Shown here one piece after another: positions 10,462-18,500 of a DNA stretch of 32,000 nt. The stretch lies in assembly GCA_027460535.1 (NCBI GenBank), contig JAPZAR010000021.1, positions 30,001 to 62,000 of the forward strand, read 5' to 3'. How positions within the stretch are numbered: the stretch's first letter is position 1; each line of letters starts with the position of its first letter. The notes below the pieces were generated by a model. That model was not told where the DNA came from. It made no database searches and saw only the letters and a program-made list of their open reading frames with translations. The translations under genes and the position numbers were made by a program. The stretch is from Candidatus Methanoperedens sp. (lineage in GTDB: Archaea; Halobacteriota; Methanosarcinia; Methanosarcinales; Methanoperedenaceae).

Positions 10462-12159
10462 ATGCAAACTGATGATATAAAGCTCCTTATTAGGAAATAT
10501 GCCCTGCAGAATGCTGTCAAATATAACAAGACTCCACAGGCCGGAGCAGTCATGGGCAAAGTCATGGCAAATCCTGAACTGCGCTCTCGCGCAAGGGAAA
10601 TCACATCACTTGTGGGAGAAATTCTGAATGAGATCGAAGAGATGAGACCAGGGGCATGGGAAAAAGAACTAAATGAGCTTGCCCCTGAACTTATAGCTGA
10701 ATTAAAAGAAAAGAAAGAGCCTGAAAAAGGTTTGCCATCGCTTGAACTCAATGGACCTCTTGTCATGAGGTTTGCCCCAAATCCCAATGGACCTCCAACT
10801 ATTGGAAGCGCCAGGGGGATAGTGGTGAACTCTGAATACACAAGAAAATACCAAGGAAAGCTCATCATACGTTTCGATGACACCGACCCTGCGACCAAGC
10901 GACCAATGCTTGAGGCGTATGATTGGTATCTTGATGACTGTGAATGGCTCGGGGCAACACCGGATGAGGTCGTAATAGCATCAGACAGGATCCCGCGATA
11001 TTACGAGATTGCAGAACAATTGATAAAAAAAAATGGGGCGTATGTCTGTTTCTGTGAACAGGAAGAGTTCAAGGCGCTCAAGGATGCGAAGAGAGCGTGC
11101 CCTCACAGGGAACAGGGCGCCGAACAAAATCTTGAATTCTGGAAAAAGATGCTTTCTGGCGGGTATAATGAGCAGGAGGCTGTGCTTCGCATCAGGACAG
11201 ATATCGGCCATAAAGACCCCGCTATCAGGGACTGGGTTGCGTTCCGCATTATCAACATCCCGCATCCAAGACCGGAGGTAGGGGATAAATACTGTTCCTG
11301 GCCTCTCCTTGATTTTGAGGGAGCGGTGGAGGACCATCTTCTGGGAACGACTTTGATCATTCGCGGCAAGGACCTCGCGGACAGCGAGACCCGCCAGAAA
11401 TATGTCTATAAATACATGGGCTGGACTTATCCGAAAACATTGCACTGGGGACGGGTGCAGATACACGAGTTCGGGAAATTGAGCACGAGCGGCTTGAAGA
11501 AAGCGATAGCTGAGGGTGTTTACACAGGGTGGGATGACCCGCGTGTGCCCACGATAAGGGCGCTTCGGCGGCGGGGCATCAGACCTGAAGCTTTGAGAAA
11601 ATTCATGATCGATCTGGGACTCGGGGAGACCGATATCAGCCTGAGCCTTGACACCCTTTACGCAGAGAACAGGAAGATAATCGACCCGATAGCGAACAGG
11701 TATTTTTTTGTGTGGAACCCGGTTGAAATGGAGATCGAGGGCGCAGAGCCGAAGATAGCAAAAGCTCCCCTTCATCCGGCGCGGGGAGGATTGAGGGAAA
11801 TTCCAGCGGGAACGACGGTGCTTGTATGCAGGAGTGATGTTGAAATCCTTGGGGTCGGAGAGCGATTGCGCTTAAAGGATCTTTACAATATCCAGATAAC
11901 GAGCATCTCACCGCTGAAAGCAAAGTTCATTGGAACTGATATGGACCTTGTAAAAAAGGAGAAGGCGCGCATCATACACTGGGTGCCTCCCGACGGGCTT
12001 AAAGTCAGGGTGCTGTCGCCGGATGGTGAGTATTCCGGGATCGGGGAGCGCGGTATTGAGAAGGAACTTGACACAGTTGTGCAGTTCGAGAGGTTCGGGT
12101 TCGTAAGGATCGATAGCGTTAGCGGGGATGAGGTCGTGGCGTATTTTACGCACAAGTGA
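10462..12159 (+). CDS. gltX: Archaeal-type glutamyl-tRNA synthetase, with a degenerate HIGH signature
   Basis: RFAPNPNGP...RFDDTDP, the GWDDPRVPTIRALRRRG block, a KLSTS loop, and a length of 565 aa are typical of archaeal/eukaryal-type GluRS. The HIGH position reads TIGS (see findings). Confidence 0.8.
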   Translation: MQTDDIKLLIRKYALQNAVKYNKTPQAGAVMGKVMANPELRSRAREITSLVGEILNEIEEMRPGAWEKELNELAPELIAELKEKKEPEKGLPSLELNGPLVMRFAPNPNGPPTIGSARGIVVNSEYTRKYQGKLIIRFDDTDPATKRPMLEAYDWYLDDCEWLGATPDEVVIASDRIPRYYEIAEQLIKKNGAYVCFCEQEEFKALKDAKRACPHREQGAEQNLEFWKKMLSGGYNEQEAVLRIRTDIGHKDPAIRDWVAFRIINIPHPRPEVGDKYCSWPLLDFEGAVEDHLLGTTLIIRGKDLADSETRQKYVYKYMGWTYPKTLHWGRVQIHEFGKLSTSGLKKAIAEGVYTGWDDPRVPTIRALRRRGIRPEALRKFMIDLGLGETDISLSLDTLYAENRKIIDPIANRYFFVWNPVEMEIEGAEPKIAKAPLHPARGGLREIPAGTTVLVCRSDVEILGVGERLRLKDLYNIQITSISPLKAKFIGTDMDLVKKEKARIIHWVPPDGLKVRVLSPDGEYSGIGERGIEKELDTVVQFERFGFVRIDSVSGDEVVAYFTHK

Positions 12160-12191
12160 AAGATTATATTATTTGTACAGAATAGGTATTT

Positions 12192-12899
12192 ATGGAAAAG
12201 AGAATAGAAGTTGTAGCAGGTACTGCGGGCTGGGTTGTCCAAGATTGTGGGATTGTTTTCAAAAAGGGGGCAGACTTCAATAATCTTCAGTTCGAGGCAA
12301 ACCAACCCATCATATTCGAAAGTAACACCAAGACGAAGATTCTGAAGCAATTTCATCTAAATCGATATCACTTTGTAGGTGAGATAGAGGCCATTATGGT
12401 GGATTTAATAAGTCTCGATGTTGTGAAAGATGCCGAATCTAAATTTCTCAAGGATGATTTTAATTTTGAAGAATATCTGGAGGATTGGAGGAAGAAAGGA
12501 TACGGGCCAAGAACAGTAGTTCAGGAAATAATTGTAGATTGTGGTTTTCCGATCAGGTTTAATTACGGTAATGAAGGAAATATACAATTCTTGAATAACT
12601 GGGGATGGGGGCATAGAATAGACAAACTAAGGCCTGGGCTATTTGTAGCTGGAGAAATGGCTTTACATTTCCTTACCTGCGTCGATGCTGGAATTCTTCG
12701 CAAAACTGTTGACTGTAAAGTCTTGAACATTTATGAAATAATAAAGGATCCGTTAAACCAAAATTTTGGAGAGGTTATTGAGCTTGAAGACTCCGGAAAC
12801 CCTTTCAAACTTGATAAGGATGATTTATTAGTAAGATTAGGAATTAATAATATTGGAAGATTTATTCGTGATCCAAACTGTGAGATATTAACAAAATAA
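12192..12899 (+). CDS. Hypothetical protein (235 aa)
   Basis: Long ORF that starts 32 nt after gltX and fills the gap before the convergent helicase gene. I recognise no motif. Confidence 0.5.
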   Translation: MEKRIEVVAGTAGWVVQDCGIVFKKGADFNNLQFEANQPIIFESNTKTKILKQFHLNRYHFVGEIEAIMVDLISLDVVKDAESKFLKDDFNFEEYLEDWRKKGYGPRTVVQEIIVDCGFPIRFNYGNEGNIQFLNNWGWGHRIDKLRPGLFVAGEMALHFLTCVDAGILRKTVDCKVLNIYEIIKDPLNQNFGEVIELEDSGNPFKLDKDDLLVRLGINNIGRFIRDPNCEILTK

Positions 12900-12971
12900 T
12901 TCTACCATGATTCTCTTGAGAACAGTATAATATTATAACCGACGGGATGGCTATATTATTTAGAATAAACT

Positions 12972-15416
12972 TTAACTTTCCATCCTCTCCCTCAACCCCC
13001 TCGCCTTCTCACCCAGCTCTTTCCGCCCATATATCCCCGCGATCAATTCCACAGCTTCAAGCGCCCTCGCAGCCTGGTCCAGGTAATTCAGAACATCCCC
13101 GGCATACGCATAAATCCCATACTGCTTCGTAAGCTCAGCGATAATGCCATCAGGCGACAATCCTTCAGCGCACAGTTCTATGACCCTCTCCGAGAATTTC
13201 CTCTCAGCGCAACCGCAGTACGGTGCATCCTTGCACCTGCAGGCCATGAACTCACGCGCAAAATCAAGCATGGTGCGACGGAGGTTCTCTTTCAGCTTTG
13301 AAAATTCGGCAGAGGAGAAAACGATATCAAGCCCGGCGCCGAACACGCGGGTCGGGATATCAGTCCCAAGGGCATCCGATAACTGTGAGGCATACTTGAA
13401 ATACACAGCGTCCAGGGTTCCAAGCCCCGTAACAATATCAAGCGGTTCCCGTCCTTCAAGCACGGCGTCCTTGATCAGGAAAGTCTGCTCAACACTTAGG
13501 AAATGAGACGCTACGATTTTTCCAAGTTTTGTGGGAGAATATCCTGAATCCTTTTTTTCTATGAACCCGTATTCTCTCAGTTTCCCGAGCAAATAATCTA
13601 GATCTCCCCTGCCCAGCAGTAAATCATCTAATTTCCTGATATCTGAAAGTTTACGCGCTACCATGATATTGGAAAGGGTCTCTTCAAGCAATTCATCGTC
13701 CCCATACTCCACGCCAAAATGCTCAAGTTCACCGCGCAGGAGCCTGAAAGCTATCTCGTCCTCGGTATCCCCTTTTCCGAACCTCTTTTCGGGGTCTGCG
13801 AGTAGCACCACTATCCCGCGATCATGGTAATCCGGTCTCCCCGCTCGGCCCAGCATCTGCTGGAACTCCCGCACCGTGAGCCACTCTATTCCCATGGCGA
13901 GGGATTCAAAAATTACCTGCGAAGCCGGGAAATCAACACCTGCTGCAAGCGCCGCCGTCGTCACGACCACTGGCAATTCTCCTTTCCCGAATCGCTCTTC
14001 CACTTTCTTCCGCTCATTGTATGAAAGCCCGGCATGGTAAGGCAGCGCTTTTATGCCAAGCCCGTCTGCCAGCATGTGGCAATTGCGGCGTGAATTGGTA
14101 AATACAATGGTCTGACCGAGGAAGCCCTTTGATGATCTCTTGCTATATTCCTGCCTCGCAAGTCGCTCTATCAAGCGCATCTTCTCATATTCCGGCGCGA
14201 AGATGAGGTGCCGGTCGATCGGCACTGGCCGTTCTTCAAATTCGATTAACGCCGCACCCAGTTTTTCGGCCAGCCACCCAGGTTTTCCTACAGTGGCTGA
14301 GAGATAAATGAACTGTGCGTCTGGAGAAGTAAATTTCAAACGTGCAATAAGACCATCAAGCCTGTGCCCTCTTTCTTTGTCCTCGAGCATATGCACCTCG
14401 TCTATTACCACGGTACCGATATTCCCAAGCTGTCCGCCTGACCTGAGGATGTAATCGATCCCTTCATAGGTTCCCACTATTATGTCTGAAGATAGTGAAG
14501 TCCGGACACCTTTTGCACCGCCTGTTATCCTGCTCGTTCCAACGCGAAGAGACGTTGTGGCAACGGAAGAATATCGCCTTGTGAACTGTTCATACTTCTG
14601 GTTCGCAAGCGCCACAAGCGGAACAAGGAACAGCATCTTACCTTTTTTATTCAGGATGTTCTGGAGACCGGCAAGCTCCCCGACAAGCGTTTTTCCGGTA
14701 GCGGTAGCTGAAACGATCAACTGGTTTTTTCTTTCAAGTAATCCTGCCTCGACCGAAAGCGCCTGGACTGGCAGCAGTTCTTCCAGCTGGCGAAGGAGGA
14801 TCTTTTTGAGTTCTTCGTGGACAGGCAGGTCTTTTACTTTGATATGGCGTTCAACCCTGCTTGCCTCTATCGTATCGAATCTCGTCAGGCCGGAATCCAG
14901 TTTTTCCGGGCTGAGCATCGCAAGTACCCTGTCAAGGTCTCTGCCCTGGAGCAATAACTTGATTAGCCTGTCCTGGCCGTGCCTGCCAAGTTTCGCGGTT
15001 TTTGCTTCCCGCATTAGTTCTTTTATTGCGCATTCTTCACACACATGTTCATTGTGAAATCGGATAGGATTGCCGTCTATCGTGGTATATTTGCCGGCAA
15101 GGATACATAGCCGGCATGTGTTCGTATAGCCATAGTCCAGCTGGTATGCTGCCAGCATTTCTTTGAACCCTGCTTCCGATCCCTCATTCCCTTCAGCGAT
15201 AAGGATTTTATCTGCAAGGCGCAGGAGTTCGATGAGTTCCTCTGGCGCCCTGTATTCTTCTTTCTCTCCCTGCCTTATCCTGAATTTACCGACACGTGCT
15301 CCTTTTGGGGTCTTTTTTAATGTGAGGATGCCCTGGAAAACAGGTTCTTTTGCATTGTCTTTAATTGGCAGAACGAGGATTTTTGAATTTTGCGGGTGAA
15401 TGATCACAGAAAGCAT
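12972..15416 (-). CDS. SF2 DEAD/DEAH-box helicase, Ski2-like, with an N-terminal 4-Cys zinc finger (ASH-Ski2-like)
   Basis: Helicase motifs are I ATATGKT, II DEVH, III SAT and VI QMLGRAGRP. The N-terminal region has CRLC...CEEC and the C-terminal region has CRCKDAPYCGC. The N-terminal CxxC...CxxC arrangement matches the archaeal ASH-Ski2 group description. Confidence 0.8.
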   Translation of the reverse strand: MLSVIIHPQNSKILVLPIKDNAKEPVFQGILTLKKTPKGARVGKFRIRQGEKEEYRAPEELIELLRLADKILIAEGNEGSEAGFKEMLAAYQLDYGYTNTCRLCILAGKYTTIDGNPIRFHNEHVCEECAIKELMREAKTAKLGRHGQDRLIKLLLQGRDLDRVLAMLSPEKLDSGLTRFDTIEASRVERHIKVKDLPVHEELKKILLRQLEELLPVQALSVEAGLLERKNQLIVSATATGKTLVGELAGLQNILNKKGKMLFLVPLVALANQKYEQFTRRYSSVATTSLRVGTSRITGGAKGVRTSLSSDIIVGTYEGIDYILRSGGQLGNIGTVVIDEVHMLEDKERGHRLDGLIARLKFTSPDAQFIYLSATVGKPGWLAEKLGAALIEFEERPVPIDRHLIFAPEYEKMRLIERLARQEYSKRSSKGFLGQTIVFTNSRRNCHMLADGLGIKALPYHAGLSYNERKKVEERFGKGELPVVVTTAALAAGVDFPASQVIFESLAMGIEWLTVREFQQMLGRAGRPDYHDRGIVVLLADPEKRFGKGDTEDEIAFRLLRGELEHFGVEYGDDELLEETLSNIMVARKLSDIRKLDDLLLGRGDLDYLLGKLREYGFIEKKDSGYSPTKLGKIVASHFLSVEQTFLIKDAVLEGREPLDIVTGLGTLDAVYFKYASQLSDALGTDIPTRVFGAGLDIVFSSAEFSKLKENLRRTMLDFAREFMACRCKDAPYCGCAERKFSERVIELCAEGLSPDGIIAELTKQYGIYAYAGDVLNYLDQAARALEAVELIAGIYGRKELGEKARGLRERMES

Positions 15417-15480
15417 TTGTAACGCTGAATAGTTGGCTCATGTTATTAATTTTGGGTGTATGGAAATTATTGTGATCCAG

Positions 15481-15504
15481 AAAAAAAGATATAATATAAA
15501 AAAA
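15481..15504 (-). terminator. Two oligo-T tracts (read on the minus strand) just downstream of the giant protease gene
   Basis: The plus strand shows A7 at 15481-15487 and A7 at 15498-15504, which are T7 tracts on the minus strand 40-65 nt past the stop at 15546. Archaeal termination typically occurs at oligo-T. The same AT-rich region probably also holds the helicase promoter. Confidence 0.35.
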
Positions 15505-15545
15505 GATGGAGTTTCAGATATCGCAGTCTGAAGGCCAACATTCGG

Positions 15546-18500
15546 CTAATATTCTACCTTCAAGCTCCCTATATCGGTCATCAACTCCAACAGCACAATG
15601 CCAGATGGTGTCACTTTCTGCTCCTTTTTCCCTTCAATCTTAACACTTATCTCGGTTTGATCTTTTTTCCCGCTAAACTTTGCCTTGGCATCGAAGAGCT
15701 TCTTAACTTCGATCTCTTGCTCCAATTCATTGAGCAAGCCCTTCTCCTCAGTGTATTCCACCTGATCTCTGTTCATTGCTATGTTCGAAACTGTTCCAGC
15801 GTTGTACTGTGTGCTGATGACCTCTATTTCAGCTTCCTTGCCCTCTTTCTTGTGTCTTAAGATGAGTGTGAGCGAGTTGTTTGCAATATCCCTGAGGGCG
15901 TACTGTCTCCGTTCCCAGGCTTTTTCGTTCTGGTCTTTTTGCTCTTTCTTATCTTTATTTTCTTTCTTCGAAGGCAATATTATATAGTTTGTATCATTTC
16001 CAGTCTCGACGTTGTATACCCTGAAATCTTTCAAGGAGATGTCGAATCTTATTGCTGCTTCTGGAGGTGTCTTGTCAATTTTGATCGTTTGGCTCTTAAT
16101 CAATTCTACGTTGCCCGCATTATCTGTTGAGCAATAGTAAATCGTTGATATCCCTTCGCTGCTTATGTTGAACGGGGCAGTATATCGAATCCAGGTTGCA
16201 TTATCCAGGCTATATTCAATCCAGTTCACGCCCGAACCACCTAGATTGTCCGTTGCCGTTAGATTCATCCGGACATCAGAAATGTACCAACCGTTATTGC
16301 CAATGCTTCCAGATAATACAGCAGTTGTTATTGGAGATACGGTATCAGAAGTGGCTATTTGTGGAATAGATGGGCCACCGTCGTCTATGATTATGCCATT
16401 GGCTGTAAGGTCATCGTCTCCTAATCCTCCATCTGTGAGTGTTATTGTTATGGTGTTGCCATTGATGCTGCTGGGAATAGTGTACCAATGAGTATTGTGG
16501 TTTTCTCCATATTTCCAGTAAGTTGTACCATCTGGCAGGTATTCTGGAAATGTCATTGTGAGAGTTATGCTGCCGCCAAGATTTATGCCTGTAATGTTGA
16601 ATCTGAAAAGACCATAATAGAGATTTGCCTCAATTGGAGGTTGTTCAAGTATGGAATTCGGATCCACAGCTATCATATCTTGAATAGTGCCTGCGCTTGA
16701 TTGAAGGAACACGGTGCCTTTTCCGGTGATAGATTCAATATGGAATCCGGATGGTTCTATCACTGATAAACTTACACTTCCACTAACTTCTCCATTTCTT
16801 GCAGTTATTGTTGTTATTCCTGGTGAAAATGTATATGCAAAAAATATACCTTGACCCATATCAAATGTTCCCAAGCTTGAATTGCTGGAACTCCAAGTTA
16901 CTATAGAGGTGATGTCATTCCCATTTTGATCCTTCGCAGTAAAGGAAATTGTATTACCCATAGCAACTGATGGCATAGCTGGTGAAATAGTTATAGTTGT
17001 GATTGATGATGAAACAGTCACATTTACACCTTCTGTTAAACTACCACTTCGTGCTGTTATTATTGCTGTTCCTGTTCCAGTTGCTGTAAACTTTGCTCCT
17101 GAATAAAATGTGTCTGTAATCGGTTCAATTGTGCCCACTGTTGGATCACTGATGATCCACGTTACAGGTAATTCCATGATAACTCCAAATTGATCTTTGG
17201 GCATAGCGAAAAAATCCCAATTATAACCCGCAAAAATCACTCCATAATCTTGAACCTCTTCGGTGGTGGGAGAAAGTGTTAAAGATGTTAATTTTTGTTC
17301 ATACGGCATTTTAAATGATACCAACGGATATCTATCAACATCAGAACCCTCTTGAATATTATAACTTGAATCACATATGTTATTATCGTCTGAATCAATA
17401 CAACCTTCAAAATTTTCATCAAAATTACTATAATGATTACCTATATTCTCGTAATCCCACTGATTCTGACCATTGCTATAAACTAGATCCTTTAAGAAAT
17501 TATTCTGATAAATTACATTGTTATTGCTGGAATCCAAATAGATACCTGCCTCATTTGCCGATAATATATTTTTAAATATCATATTCTCTATTGAATTATA
17601 AAAATAAATACCGTCACCATTTGAAATTACAATATTTTCTGATATAAGGTTATAATCAGAGCCGTCCAAAAAAATACCTTCACGATTATTCGAGTAAACA
17701 TTCCCGTTGATGAGGTTATTTCTTGAAGATTTGAGGTAAACTCCATTTTGGTTTGAAAATATATCATTATTTGTAATCTTGTTATTATTCGAATTTACCT
17801 TAATTCCTGCATAATTGAAATCATAATTAACTTCCGAGTTTGTAACTCCAAATCCTTCAAGTGTTATTCCATTTGAGGATATTGTAATTGGACTACCAAA
17901 CCCCCCAGCATCTACTATTGGCTTCCCACTGCCGGTATCAACTCCTTTTAATATAAGTTCAGGAATATTCACGTCCGCGTTTTCATGATAAGTACCGCTG
18001 TTAACAAGGATTGTATCCCCAGGATATGCTGCATCGAGAGCATCTTGGATTCTGGTATAATCACAATCACTGGGGCAAACTGTGCGCGTAATTGGAGTTG
18101 GTATCACAGGTGTTGTGGGTAATACCAATGAAACCAATGGATACCTATCCACATTATTTGGATCCAAAGGATTGTTTCCGCTTGGAATATTATAGCTTGA
18201 ATCACATATGTTATTGGAATCAGAATCAATACAACCTTCAAAATTTTCATCAAAATTGCTGTAATGATTTCCAATAATTCCATTATCCCAATTATTATTT
18301 GATAACCCATAGTTGTCAATGGCGTTTTCACTGTTACCAAAAAAATTGTTCTGATAGATATTATTGCTATTGCTTAGTAATATTATGCCCCCCATCTGGC
18401 AACATTCCAATCTTCTTAAACCATTTAGATAGACATTATTACCCGTAATGATATTTCCTTCTTGTGAATATGCACCTCCTCCAACAAAAAGTCCCATATT

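Noticed and set aside
10981-11775. 264-aa minus-strand ORF, plus other long antisense ORFs (e.g. 6142-6681, 6831-7358, 13144-13506, 14482-15057, 23741-24247, 25248-25721)
   Set aside because: All lie antisense within genes that have strong family signatures (gltX, the kinase, the helicase, hsdS, hsdR). They are shadow ORFs.
17315-18277. Plus-strand ORFs 17315-17575 and 18092-18277 with similar odd peptides (…LNHICY…QYNLQNFHQN…)
   Set aside because: They are antisense read-throughs of the duplicated block inside the giant protease gene. Their similarity reflects the intragenic DNA duplication, not a gene family.
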